64,000 nucleotides of DNA, from NCBI GenBank assembly GCA_963737655.1, contig CAVTTN010000002.1:3968001-4032000 (forward strand), written 5' to 3'. The notes below the pieces were generated by a model. The model saw only the letters and a program-made list of their open reading frames with translations. It searched no databases and was not told the DNA's origin. Shown here one piece after another: positions 35,001 through 44,921 of the stretch. A program made the position numbers and the translations under genes. This DNA comes from an uncultured Planctomycetota bacterium. GTDB taxonomy: Bacteria; Planctomycetota; Planctomycetia; Isosphaerales; Isosphaeraceae. The number at the start of each line of letters is the position of its first letter. Position 1 is the first letter of the stretch.

Positions 35001-35804
35001 CTGCTGGGCCTTGCGGTTGGCCTGGACCCAGCGTTCCACGTGCCCCCGGACGTACTGCGAGAGCTCGCGGACCGTCAGGCTCCTCGGCCCGTTGACCCCT
35101 CCGGCAAGGCCCCGGTCCACGAAGTGGCCGAAGACCGATCGCCGCTCCGATTCGCACGTCCAGCTCTTTTGACCCGGGGCGCAGGAGATCAGGACGGCCA
35201 GGTTCGGATGGGCCTTCGGGTCCGCGAAGGTCGAGACCACCCTGGCGACGAAGTTGTTGCCGAAGACGCCCAGGCCCCAGTCCGAGCCGACCTGGCCGGC
35301 GTCCAGGATCAGGAGCCGGCGGACGGGGCTTTCCGCCTCCATCAGCTTGAGGATCGCCCCGACGTCCTGCGCGTCCGGGCCGATCGCGGCCTCGATCGGC
35401 CCGCCGTCGCCCACGAAGACGGCCCTTCCCTTCCGGTCGATCCCCGGGGCCGACAGGTAGACCACGATGGGCGACCTCGAATTGCCCGAGAGGCAGGTGC
35501 GAAGCTCATTGGTCAGGGACTTGAGTTCGGTGGCGCGCGTCTTCGCGCTGGACAACCCGGGGCCGAGGCCCGAGGCATCCTCCTCCTGGAAGCCGATCGG
35601 GGCGATCGCCTCGCCCGGAGTGCCGACCCAGGCGGCGAAGACCTGGCCCTTCCTCGTCAGGCTGACGAAGATCAGGAGCCAGACCGCCAGGGCCGTGGCG
35701 ATCGTGCCGATGGTCGCCACGAGCAAGACCTTCGACTGTTCGGGGCCGGAAACCTTCGGGCGGGTGATCGGCCGACGCGGGGTGGTGTCGAGCAGCTCCG
35801 TCAT
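32037..35804 (-). CDS. Large membrane-anchored protein with N-terminal caspase-like (peptidase C14) domain lacking the His/Cys dyad
   Basis: TM, IVVYLSAPG, LLILDAGQ, VLISCAPGQKSW, SVFGHFV, LTVRELSQYV, QTP. Confidence 0.7.
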   Translation of the reverse strand: MTELLDTTPRRPITRPKVSGPEQSKVLLVATIGTIATALAVWLLIFVSLTRKGQVFAAWVGTPGEAIAPIGFQEEDASGLGPGLSSAKTRATELKSLTNELRTCLSGNSRSPIVVYLSAPGIDRKGRAVFVGDGGPIEAAIGPDAQDVGAILKLMEAESPVRRLLILDAGQVGSDWGLGVFGNNFVARVVSTFADPKAHPNLAVLISCAPGQKSWTCESERRSVFGHFVDRGLAGGVNGPRSLTVRELSQYVRGHVERWVQANRKAQQTPILLADPQFDFEIRALVPPVASPSEKEAAKKLEERRASAETAARKALADEWAARDRMEKDFSPYRRTPAVWRRYLDSLLRAERLLRAGRPEEADYLLRSVSSLKLEMSERSGGWKLDRPWSLASIDALPINEATKSRKEEAQKVRKVMAAYIDDLTGRLTAPVAAPKGAGEKTGGAIAAVSGPAKRAKVPLSLVAADDPTIPVFLEAQLLVWADVYDNLPGHVPFREDRGQLFRDGIDLRASAEATAEADDRCRQWARLFVDEGDKTRRKFQDALFCEVPDRASTLRDDREAARSLFAQGLRVVSTVSQAQDLLNRMAVELPYLADWIGASARDTDPDFERLVRDANDLADAVETAWVQTSAGRGSPEALKVASRETGTIEARIARLRTSHEKIRLRLQASCDREKGRGSTNWRAADDLLRVPLIRAEDRERLLEKVRSPEGSAPLADEDGPVEASSQDSIDDSFRAHALTLAGVECFLMKFGGASPEDQKSLMDALEGAKKAPGDSQGLDDLARFTDLAISGRQALALRLKDDASAEVTESSLVASARAAAVLPSAYLTASAASGAERKLDQFLRSAQLLWQSARLERDFAPEHADRLARDAHALAESAASPGLLVPKGSSSEVDRLRKAKLLVSTDATRALKLGDDSLTIAVNISTENDPPDGEASLLLEFDREKLHLVSQTEVDAGEASPVPVPLPVRKLAKFRRAEFDKSLGEAAVRATVFYRGVAYPASRPVNIVLEASKDRVMVSMREVGVRGWKDQFLDHPDAGYLHYGARLEYKLVFENRQAVPVDVVVERRLDDKPLEPLALTIRANGKVDSPATIMHAVDLDARTIEAIGVKDDEVPLNRPRVLSIDVYEAGPAKRLLSSRRRFRFIQEDINDYIMIQPKYDEATRQFNITLVRKTSDKVNGPLPNVSATITSPEISGTVAVDGALNKGDAYWFFFNFTAPAQAISYYLTVNHLPRAFPGKIGAATPPPPADAPKP

Positions 35805-36062
35805 GATTCCCTCTTCGTCGGGGGTCAGCCATCGGAGGAAGTCCGGGGGCCGACTCGGCGGCTCCTCGGCATCCCTTCCCAAGTACGGGACGACCCTCCG
35901 GCCATTCCCTTTTTTTTCCGGGGATGGCGAGTGGTCCCTTTAGATTGGAGGGCCGGACCGCTATGCTATCCGATCGCCCCGGAATGGGCAGTCCCGTCGT
36001 CCGTATATGAGATCGGGCAGTCCGCTGGGCGAGGCGGCCCCGACCCGAGGGAGGGCGTCGTC

Positions 36063-37469
36063 ATGGCGAGTCGGCCGGTCCACTGGTATGAGGGGATGTT
36101 CCTCCGCCCCCACCACTTCCAGGCCGCCGACCGCCACGCTCGCGAGAGCCTCCGCGAGTCGGAGGACTGGTATCACCCGTTCAACTGGGGCATCCGCGCC
36201 GTCGAGTTCGACCGCGACGCCATCGCCAACTACACGATGGTGGTCCGGTCGTGCGAGGCCCGCTTCAAGGACGGCACCAAGCTCACCATCCCGAACGACG
36301 CCGCCGTGGCCCCGATCGAGCTGAAGGACGCACTCTCGGGCCGAGAGCCGGTCACCGTGTTCCTCGCCGTCCCGACGATCCACGTCGGCCGGGCGAACGT
36401 CGAGGACTCCCCCACGGAAAAAGGCCCGCGCTACTGGATCGACAGCCTCGAACGCGAGGACGAGAACACCGGGTCGGGCGATCAGCCGATCCAGGTCCGC
36501 CGGACCAGCGCCCGGCTCCTGCTCTCGACCCAGGACCACACCGGCTATGAAGTCCTGCCGCTGGCCCGCCTCGAACGGCTGGCCCAGGTCGAGGCGCCTC
36601 CCCAGGTCGATTCGTCGTTCATCCCCCCATTGGTCGCCCTGGATGGGTGGCCTCCGCTCTGGAGGGCCGTCCAGTCCCTCCAGAATCAGATCGGCGCGAG
36701 GATCGAGCAGCTGGCCTCGCAGGTCGTGGACCGCGGGATCTCGTTCGAAAGCCAGGTGCCCGGCGACGCCGAGAGGCTCCTGAAGCTCGCCACGCTGAAC
36801 GGGGTGGAGTCCTTCCTGGATTCCTTCCTCTCGTTGCGGAACCTGAGCCCCCTGTACGTCTACCAGGAGCTGTGCCGGATCGCCGGCCAGCTCGCGATCT
36901 TCACGGAAGGGCGGCGGCTCGCCGAGAAGCTGCCGGTCTACGACCATGAGAATATCGGTTATTGTTACTATCTGGCGATCAAGACGATCCAGGACGGCCT
37001 GAACAAGATCGCGCCCTCGGCGTTCGACAAGAGGTACTTCGAGAGGCTGGGCGAGCGGCTCCAGGTCAGCATGGAGCCGGCGTGGCTGACCAACGCCAAG
37101 TCGCTGTTCCTGGGCGTCGAGACCGAGCTCTCGGACCAGGAATGCCAGGACCTGCTCGGCACGATGGACATGAAGCTGGGCTCCGGGGCCCAGGTCGAGC
37201 ACATCTTCCGCCGGGCCCTGCGCGGCCTGGTCCTCGCCCCGCGGACCCGTCCGCCGCGGACCCTGCCGGCGAGCACGGGCATCGTCTATTACGAGATCGA
37301 GCGCGACACGGTGTTCTGGCGGGACGTCTCCGAATCGTACTCGCTGGCCCTGCGGATGAACCTGGCCCACGCCCAATTCCTCAGCGACCGGGTGCTCTCG
37401 GTCGCCCGGCCGGGGAGCAAGACGACGACGAACCTCCAATTCGCCCTGTTCGTCGTGGACAAGACATGA
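36063..37469 (+). CDS. tssK: T6SS baseplate subunit TssK
   Basis: VHWYEGMFLRPHHFQ, NWG, ARFKDGT, FIPP, YDHENIGYC. Confidence 0.92.
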   Translation: MASRPVHWYEGMFLRPHHFQAADRHARESLRESEDWYHPFNWGIRAVEFDRDAIANYTMVVRSCEARFKDGTKLTIPNDAAVAPIELKDALSGREPVTVFLAVPTIHVGRANVEDSPTEKGPRYWIDSLEREDENTGSGDQPIQVRRTSARLLLSTQDHTGYEVLPLARLERLAQVEAPPQVDSSFIPPLVALDGWPPLWRAVQSLQNQIGARIEQLASQVVDRGISFESQVPGDAERLLKLATLNGVESFLDSFLSLRNLSPLYVYQELCRIAGQLAIFTEGRRLAEKLPVYDHENIGYCYYLAIKTIQDGLNKIAPSAFDKRYFERLGERLQVSMEPAWLTNAKSLFLGVETELSDQECQDLLGTMDMKLGSGAQVEHIFRRALRGLVLAPRTRPPRTLPASTGIVYYEIERDTVFWRDVSESYSLALRMNLAHAQFLSDRVLSVARPGSKTTTNLQFALFVVDKT

Positions 37470-38104
37470 CCGACGCCTTCGCCAACGTGGTCAGCCCGAT
37501 CCTCCGGCACGTGGTGGACTTCCAGGCCCGCGTGGACTCCGGCGAGCATCCGCCGGCCGGCGCCCTGCGCGATCAAATGATCGATCTCCTCGCCCAGGCC
37601 GACCAGAGGGCCGGGACCTCCAGCCAGACGGCCCACGACTGGGAAGTCGCCCGGCACGCGGTGGTCTACTGGATCGACGAGGTGCTGATCAACTCGCGAT
37701 GGAACCACGCCGATTCCTGGCGCCAGCAGATCCTCGAATGGGACTTCTACCGGGAGAGGCTCCGGGCCGACCGCTTCTTCGAGAAGGCGACCGAGGCCGC
37801 TTCGTACTCCGGGACCGATGCCCTGGAAGTGTTCTACCTGTGCGTGGCGCTGGGGTTCCGGGGGCGTCTCGGCGACAATCCGACCAGCCTGAAGAAGTGG
37901 GGCGAGAAGGTGTACGGCCGGGTCGTGGCCGGGAACAAGCAGCCCGAACGGTTCCTGCCCGACGAGCCCCGAGACCCGGACCGCGACCCCCTCCGCCCCC
38001 TTCCCGGCAAATCCCTGCTCTTCCAGGTCAGCGTGTGGGTCTCGGTCACGTCGCTGGTGACCACCGCGTTCTTCATCCTCGCGTCGCGCCTCCATTCGCT
38101 GTGA
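37466..38104 (+). CDS. tssL: T6SS DotU/TssL family protein
   Basis: AVVYWIDEVLI, LEWDFY, LEVFYLCVALGFRG, C-terminal TM. Confidence 0.9.
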   Translation: MTDAFANVVSPILRHVVDFQARVDSGEHPPAGALRDQMIDLLAQADQRAGTSSQTAHDWEVARHAVVYWIDEVLINSRWNHADSWRQQILEWDFYRERLRADRFFEKATEAASYSGTDALEVFYLCVALGFRGRLGDNPTSLKKWGEKVYGRVVAGNKQPERFLPDEPRDPDRDPLRPLPGKSLLFQVSVWVSVTSLVTTAFFILASRLHSL

Positions 38105-38138
38105 GGAGCCCGCCTCGCCCCGACGGACGGGACCGACC

Positions 38139-39561
38139 ATGACGTCGATCGCTTCTCAGAACGCGTGGATGTGGGGCCTGGGCCTCGGCGCGGCGACCCT
38201 GGCGGCCGTCCTGGCCTGGCTCGCGGCGAAGTTCCGCAGCGTCCGCCGCATCCTCCTCGTGAACCTGATCATCGCCGGGGCGATCGGCCTGGTCGTCCTC
38301 TGGTATTTCCTGAAGCAGAAATACTGGACCGCCGGTTCCGGCTTGCCCCTGTTCGAGAGCGCCGTCTGGTTCTGGCTGCTCCTGTTCCTGATGGTCGCCT
38401 ACGGGACCGTCGTCTATCTCGGGCTCTGGGCCGCGGCGACGATCCAATCGGCTCGCGAGGACGCGACCGGCAGCGCGGTGGGCCTGTTCCCCGACATGGA
38501 TGCGGCCTGGGACGAGATCCTCGTCCGGCTCGGCCAGGCCCAGATCGACCTCCCTCGCCAGAAACTCTTCCTCCTGCTCGCGCCCGACGAGGGATGGTCG
38601 GCGGCGCTGGTCTACTCGGCCGGGCTGAACGTCTTCGCCTCCGCGCCCGAGGTCGTCGCGCCGATCCACGCCTACGCCACGGCCGACGGCGTCCTGATCA
38701 CCTGCGCCGGGGCTACTGGGCTGGGTCGGCAGGATTCCGAGGGGTTCCGTCGTCTGGAATGGCTGTGTGAGCGGCTCCGGGCGCTCGACCCGGAATGCCC
38801 GGTCGTCCGAGGGGTCGCCGTCCTGTTCCCGGCGGACTGGGCCGCCCAGCCCGATGCCCCCAAGATGGCGGCGATGGTCCGGGACGACCTTCGGACGATC
38901 CAGAGGACCTTGAAGGTCCGTTGCCCGGTCTACGCCCTCTTCCCCCAGATGGAAAACACGCCCGGCTTTGCCGAGTTCCTCTCGAGGATGCCCGAGGCGA
39001 TGAAGCAAAATCGCTGCGGGTTCGCGATCCCCTCGACCCGATCGTTCAGCGGAGGGGCTCGTCAACGACGGGATGGTCTGGCTTTCCGGCTGGTTCCACA
39101 CCTGGATCCTCAGCCAGATGGACGGCGACCTCCTGAACCAGGAAGGGAACAACCGGCTGTTCACGCTCGACGACGAGATCCGCCGGGCCCGCCGTCCGTG
39201 GCGGAACGTCCTGGAGTCGGCCCTCTCGACCCACGCCCAGGGCGATCCCCTGCTCTTCCGAGGGTGCTACTGCATGGCCACGGGCACCGAGCCCGAACTC
39301 CGGGCCTTCTCGGCCGGGCTGTTCCGAGGCCCCCGGAGTCGCATCCTCGCCGACCACACGGCCACCGTCTGGGCCCCGGAGGCCGAGGCCGACGACCGGC
39401 GATACCGCAAGATCGCCTGGTGGGTCGCGATCGGCGGCGGGGCCTTCGTCTTCTCGACCTGGGCCTATATCGCCAGCTTCGGCGGGTTCTGGTGGATCGG
39501 GCTGGTCGGGATGATCGGCCTGTGGGTCCTGGCCATCCTCTGGCGGACCCTCTGGGCCTGA
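38139..39561 (+). CDS. tssM: Short TssM/IcmF-like protein (ImcF N-terminal domain only); frameshift near 39055
   Basis: Three N-terminal TMs; PVVRGVAVLFP...RCPVYALF...GFAEFL, LLFRGCY; ends in TM segments. Confidence 0.75.
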
Positions 39562-39585
39562 GGCCCGGGGCCGATCCACCGAGGA

Positions 39586-40965
39586 TCAGGCCCCCTGTTG
39601 ATCCACGACCCGGAGGAACGCGCGGCCGACCAGCAGGATGTCGCCGTTCTTCAACGGGGTCGGCTGGCGGATCTGCAGGAACGTGCCATTGCGGCTGTCC
39701 TTGTCCACAACGAGGAATCGGCCGTTCTCGACGTAAACCGCCGCGTGGAGCGCGGAGACCCACTCCGCGCCGGACAGGGCGATCTCGGACCGGGGCTGGC
39801 GGCCGAGCGTGGTCTCGGTCGTCTTGGTCAAGGGGAAGCGGAGCCCGACGGTATTATCGGGCCGGATCATGTCGAGGTAGGCGATCGGGACGACGTCGGA
39901 GCTGAGGAACTCCTCGCCCTCGCCGGAATAGGCCGTGGGCGCCGCCGGCAGCGTCTCGGCGGTCCGAAACTCGATGACCTGGCTGCCGACCCGGATGCGG
40001 GTCCGATCCGTGAGCTCGACCGGCCCGCTGATCTTCACGAAGACGCCGTTGAGCGATCCCAGGTCCTCGGCGAGCAGCTGGGGGCCGTCGTAGGTCAGTC
40101 GCAAGTGGCGGACGGCCATGCTGTTGAGGAACGGGAAGTGCGAGCTGCTGGAGCTCCGACCGATGTTCAGCCCGTTGGCGCCGATCGGCGCCCAGGAGCG
40201 CCACTGGCCGTCCTTGTCCCGGAGTTGCAGCGTGTAAACGCTCGTCGGGAACTTCAGCTTGCCGATGTCCGCGCCGGGCATGCCGACCGTCTGCGATTCC
40301 TGGGGTTCCTCGGCCGACGGAGGGGCGGAGGGGAGCTCGGGGTCGCGGATCGGGGGCATCGCGGGCGGGGCCGCCGGAGCGGCCTGGGGCCCGGCCCACT
40401 GGTCCGAGGAGACGACCGGCCAGGCCGCGCCGGCCTGGGGAGACGGGGCCGATGCGGGCGACGAATCGGCCGCCTTCCCGCCGAGCATCTTGATCATCCA
40501 GCCGCGGACCCCTCCCGGAGGCCCGCCCGGCAACCCGCCCTGGCCCGCCGCCGGAGGATTCGGCGAGGCGGCCACCGGAGCCGGCGACGGGGAATAGGCC
40601 GGGGCGGCCGGGGGCGGAGGGACCGCGGCGACGACCGGGCGGACCGGCGAGGGCGGAGGAGGCGAGGCCGGCGCCGGCTTCGGCGGGGTCATCGGCGGGG
40701 CCGCGGCCATCGGCGGAGGGACCGGAGCCGGCCGGGGCTTCGGCCGTCGAGGGGGAGGCGCGGGGACCGGTTCGCTCGCAGTCTCCGGGATCGACTGGGG
40801 TTGCGGCTTGGGCGCCGGACGGGCCGAGACCCGGACCGGGCTCGCCGCCTTCTTGGGACTCGGCAACCCGATCGTCCCGAACGTGTCGAGGTCCAGCTTG
40901 CAATGAGGGCAGACGACATCGTCTTCCCGGACGGCTTCGCCGCAATATTGACAGGACAACGCCAT
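39586..40965 (-). CDS. Zinc-ribbon, Pro-rich, double-FHA domain protein
   Basis: CQYC...CPHC; IGRS...RH...DLGSLNGVF and LGRQ...SALHA...DSRNGTF. Confidence 0.85.
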   Translation of the reverse strand: MALSCQYCGEAVREDDVVCPHCKLDLDTFGTIGLPSPKKAASPVRVSARPAPKPQPQSIPETASEPVPAPPPRRPKPRPAPVPPPMAAAPPMTPPKPAPASPPPPSPVRPVVAAVPPPPAAPAYSPSPAPVAASPNPPAAGQGGLPGGPPGGVRGWMIKMLGGKAADSSPASAPSPQAGAAWPVVSSDQWAGPQAAPAAPPAMPPIRDPELPSAPPSAEEPQESQTVGMPGADIGKLKFPTSVYTLQLRDKDGQWRSWAPIGANGLNIGRSSSSSHFPFLNSMAVRHLRLTYDGPQLLAEDLGSLNGVFVKISGPVELTDRTRIRVGSQVIEFRTAETLPAAPTAYSGEGEEFLSSDVVPIAYLDMIRPDNTVGLRFPLTKTTETTLGRQPRSEIALSGAEWVSALHAAVYVENGRFLVVDKDSRNGTFLQIRQPTPLKNGDILLVGRAFLRVVDQQGA

Positions 40966-41401
40966 CGAACGGCTCCCGACTTCGCGGACGGCCTGGACGG
41001 GCAATCGCCGGGGGGGCGAGAATCGGTCCGGCGACGCCTCGCCGGGGCTCCGATCGCTGGGGCCCCGCCCCCTTCGGGCCGGGGACGATTCGCTTCGATC
41101 GGTGATTTGCATAGCATAAGGTCCGAAGTCCGAATCGTCAAAAACTTTACCGTTGCTTCGACGGGCCCGATCTGCGACAAATCCTCCAGGGCCCTCTCTT
41201 CACGATACGGACGAATTCCGGACCATCCGCTGCAATCGGGGATTTCGACCGGGATTCTTGAGGATTCGCGGCGGAGTCGCCGTTCTTGTTCTGGAAGCAA
41301 GCCCCGCGCGAGACGCCCCGAACCTCCGATCGATCTCGCCCCGGCGGGAGACCTCGCGAGCGGAGTCGGATCGGCGGGCCCGCCTCGAAACGGGGGACGT
41401 G

Positions 41402-42215
41402 ATGACCGCCAAGGACATGCTGGACGCCGGACGGCTCGGGGCCGCCATCGAACACCTGGGCCTGGAGCTCAAATCCAAGCCCGCCGACACTCGCCAGCGG
41501 ACCTCCCTGTTCGAGACGCTCTGTTTCGCCGGGCAGTGGGCCCGGGCCGGCAAGCAGTTGGACGTCCTCGGCCACCAGGTCGGCGTGCCCGAGGCGGCGC
41601 TCGGGGCGCAGCTCCTCCGCCGCTTGCTCGATGCCGAGATCGCCCGGGAAGCCGTCTGGACCAAGGGGGCCCGGCCGAAATTCATGTTCGCGCCGCCGCC
41701 TTCGGCCGACGACCACCTCGCCGCCATCGCCTCGCGTCGCGAGGGGCGAGGCGACGAGGCCCGGCAGGCGCTGGACCGCGCCCTGGCCTCCCTCTCGGCC
41801 CGCCCGGGGACTCGAGACGGCCAGCCCTTCGACGACATCCGAGACGCCGACGACCTGCTCGGCCCGTTCCTGGAGGTCTTCGCCCCCTCGGGTTACGCCT
41901 GGGTGCCCTGGGAGGCCGTCCAGTTCCTGGAAGTCTCCCGGCCGAAGACGTTCCGCGACCTGCTCTGGTCGCCCGCCCGGCTCGCCTCGCTCGACGGCCA
42001 GCTCGGCGAGGTCTATCTGCCCAACCTCTATCCCGAAACCGCATCCGCGCCCGACGACGAGCCTCCGGCTGGGCCGCAAGACGGACTGGATCGACGGGCC
42101 GGGCGAGATCGTCCGGGGACGAGGGCTCAAGACGATCCTCGTCGGGGAGGACGCCGTCACGATCCCCGAACTCGGCTCCCTGCAATTCGCGGCCCCCTCG
42201 CCGACGGAAGCCTGA
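41402..42215 (+). CDS. tagJ: T6SS accessory TagJ/ImpE/SciE; frameshift near 42060
   Basis: LFETLCFAGQWARAGKQL, DIRDADDLLGPFLEV, YAWVPW, RDLLWSP, LRLGRKTDW. Confidence 0.88.
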
Positions 42216-42218
42216 ATC

Positions 42219-44099
42219 ATGCCGACCGCGCCGACGATCGATGTCGAGAGCCTCCTCGTCCCGATCCCCGGAGACAATCCCTCGGGGCGGAACCTGTTCT
42301 ACGAGCAAGAATACTCGGACCTGGAAGAAGCCCGAAGGTCCGAGGACGACACCCCCCAGGGAGACTGGCAGAGGAAGACCAAGGCGGCCGACTGGGAGAA
42401 GGTCCTCAAGATCGGCACGGACGCCCTCCTGAAGAAGACCAAGGACCTCCAGATCGCCTCCTGGATGCTCGAGGCGCTCGGCCACCGCCACGGGTTCGCC
42501 GGGGTCCGCGACGGCTTCCGGCTCATGAACGGCCTCCAGGAAACGTTCTGGGACACCTATTATCCCCAGGTCGAGGACGACGACCTGGAGACCCGCCATC
42601 GCCCGTTCGACTTCCTCAACAACGAGCGATTGCTGCCCTTCCTGATCCGCTCGATCCCGATCACGGCCGGCTTCCGCGAGCAGGACTTCTCGTATGCGAA
42701 GTACGCGGAGTCCCGGGCCACGACCAACGCCGGCCTGAAGAGCCCCGACGCGCGAGACGCCCTCCTGGCCGAAGGGAAGATCGACGCCGAGATGTTCGAC
42801 GAGGCGGTCGGCCAGACCCGCCGAGCGTTCTACGAAGACCTGTTCGCCGAACTCGAAGACGCCCTCTCCGCCTTCCGCGAGTTCGACGCGGCGACCGACG
42901 CCCGGTTCGGCCGGGACTCGCCGAGCCTGACGAACGTCCGCAAGGCCCTGGAGGACGTCCGCAAGCTCGTCGAGCAACTCCTGGAGAAGAAGCGGGACGC
43001 CGAACCCTCCGAGGCCCCGGCCGAGGAGGTCACGCCGGAGGAAGACGCACCCGCCGACTCGGGATGGTCGAGCGGCCGGGACGAGACGCCCTCGCCGACC
43101 CCGAAGCGGAAGACTTCGCGACCCCGAGGGGCCGGCGGCCCGATCCAGGATGGCGAGGACGCCCGGCAACGCATCCTCGACGCGGCCCAGTACCTCCGCG
43201 AGAACGAGCCCGGCAGCCCGGCCGCGTTGCTGGTCGTCCGGGGCCTGCGGATGGGCGACCTCTACGCCCTCCCCCAGCCCTTCGACCCGTCGTCCCTGGA
43301 ATGCCCGACCAGCGAGGTCCGCCAGACCCTCAGGAGGCTCGTGAACGACTCGGAGTGGGCCGGGGCGTTCGCGGAGGCCGAGGCGGCGATCGGTCGGCCC
43401 GAGGGCCGCGCCTGGCTCGACCCCCATCGGACGAGCCTCCAGGCGATGAACTCGGGGCTCGACGGCTCGGATTATTCCGGGGCGATCGCCGCCGCCCGGG
43501 GGTTCCTCCGGACGATCCTCGCCGATTTCCCGGACCTCGCCCGCTCGTCGCTCGCCGACGACACCAACGCGGCCAGCGAGGCCACCCGGGCCTGGCTCGA
43601 CGAGGAATTCCGCCCCCCCGAGCCTCCCGCCGCCGAGCCCGAGCCGAAGCCTACGCCTCCCCGCCGATGCCTGCGTACCAGCCCGAGGAGCCCGACGGCG
43701 TCTTCGAGCCCGACCCCTGGCCGATCGCCCTGGACGAGGTCCGATCCGGCCGGATCTCGGAAGGCTTGCAGAGGATTCGCCGCGAGGTCGCCCGGGCCGC
43801 CACCGGCCGGGACAAGTTCCGCCGGAAGCTCCAACTGGCCGAGCCTCTGCCTGATGGTCGGCAACGTCCGCGTGGCGATGCCCCTCCTGGACGAGCTCGG
43901 CCGCCAGGTGGACGCCTTCCGCCTCGAAGAATGGGAGGACGAGGAGCTTTGCGCCCGGGTCTGGGGTGCCCTGTATCGCTGCCTGAAGAAGCTCCCGCCC
44001 GAGAACGGCCACGCCGGGAGGCTCCAGGAGGTCTACACCCGCCTCTGCCGGCTCGACATCCAGCAGGCCATGGCGCTCGGCGACGAATCCTCTCGATGA
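42219..44099 (+). CDS. tssA: T6SS TssA (ImpA N-terminal plus VasJ-like region); compensating frameshifts ~43650-43840
   Basis: LLVPIPGDNPSG, ADWEKV, TKDLQIASW, FWDTYYP, EPGSPA, WLD. Confidence 0.88.
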   Translation: MPTAPTIDVESLLVPIPGDNPSGRNLFYEQEYSDLEEARRSEDDTPQGDWQRKTKAADWEKVLKIGTDALLKKTKDLQIASWMLEALGHRHGFAGVRDGFRLMNGLQETFWDTYYPQVEDDDLETRHRPFDFLNNERLLPFLIRSIPITAGFREQDFSYAKYAESRATTNAGLKSPDARDALLAEGKIDAEMFDEAVGQTRRAFYEDLFAELEDALSAFREFDAATDARFGRDSPSLTNVRKALEDVRKLVEQLLEKKRDAEPSEAPAEEVTPEEDAPADSGWSSGRDETPSPTPKRKTSRPRGAGGPIQDGEDARQRILDAAQYLRENEPGSPAALLVVRGLRMGDLYALPQPFDPSSLECPTSEVRQTLRRLVNDSEWAGAFAEAEAAIGRPEGRAWLDPHRTSLQAMNSGLDGSDYSGAIAAARGFLRTILADFPDLARSSLADDTNAASEATRAWLDEEFRPPEPPAAEPEPKPTPPRRCLRTSPRSPTASSSPTPGRSPWTRSDPAGSRKACRGFAARSPGPPPAGTSSAGSSNWPSLCLMVGNVRVAMPLLDELGRQVDAFRLEEWEDEELCARVWGALYRCLKKLPPENGHAGRLQEVYTRLCRLDIQQAMALGDESSR

Positions 44100-44392
44100 G
44101 CGCCACATATCGGCACAAAAAAAATCGAAAAATCTTCCCACGCTTCGAGGGGCTCGGCCCCGGGACGGCGCCTCTTCTTCCGTCTCCTCGCGAGAAAAGG
44201 TGAGAAACGAACGGAACGGCCTCCTCCCGGTTCGTAAATGTTCGGGGCGGTCCGCGCCCGTCGGTCCGCGATTCTTGTTGACGCGGGGCCGACCGTGGGC
44301 CAACCTGGGAGCCGGACCAGGCCCGGACCACCCGGGGCGCCGCCTGCCCTCGGGACCGAACCGCCCGATCCCTTCCGTCGGGAGAGACGCTC

Positions 44393-44917
44393 ATGCCGCC
44401 ATCGGAAAGCACCCAGCACAAGCTCGACCGAATCCGAAAGCCCCGGGTCCACCTGACCTACGACGTCGAGATCGGCGACGCGATCGAGATGAAGGAGCTC
44501 CCGTTCGTCGTCGGGGTCCTGGCCGACCTCTCGGGCAAGCCCGAGGAATCGCTGCCGAAGCTCAAGGACCGCCAGTTCGTCGAGATCGACCGGGACAACT
44601 TCAACAAGGTCCTCGCGGCGATGAAGCCCCGCCTGGCCTTCGCGGTGGACAACGAGCTTCAGGCCAACGGCACGAAGATGAACGTCGAGCTGAAGTTCGC
44701 CCACATCGACGACTTCGAGCCCGAGCAGGTCGCCCGCCAGGTCGAGCCGCTCAGGAAGCTCCTGGAAGCCCGGGGACGGCTCTCGGACCTCCTGAACAAG
44801 ATGGACGGCAACGACAAGCTGGACGCCCTGCTCCAGGACGTGGTCAACAACACCGAGAGCCTCAAGAAACTCGGCGAAGAGACCGGACGAGGCGCCACCC
44901 CGAGCCCGGAGGCCTGA
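44393..44917 (+). CDS. tssB: T6SS sheath small subunit
   Basis: PRVHLTYDVE, KELPFVVGVLADLSG, DDFEPEQVARQVEPL. Confidence 0.97.
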   Translation: MPPSESTQHKLDRIRKPRVHLTYDVEIGDAIEMKELPFVVGVLADLSGKPEESLPKLKDRQFVEIDRDNFNKVLAAMKPRLAFAVDNELQANGTKMNVELKFAHIDDFEPEQVARQVEPLRKLLEARGRLSDLLNKMDGNDKLDALLQDVVNNTESLKKLGEETGRGATPSPEA

Positions 44918-44921
44918 CCCC

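Noticed and set aside
32109..37469. 1786-aa ORF as a giant TssK fusion
   Set aside because: The upstream part is the antisense shadow of 32037-35804; TssK starts at 36063.
44108..44135. Sigma54 promoter upstream of tssB (CGGCACAAAA...)
   Set aside because: No GC at the -12 position.
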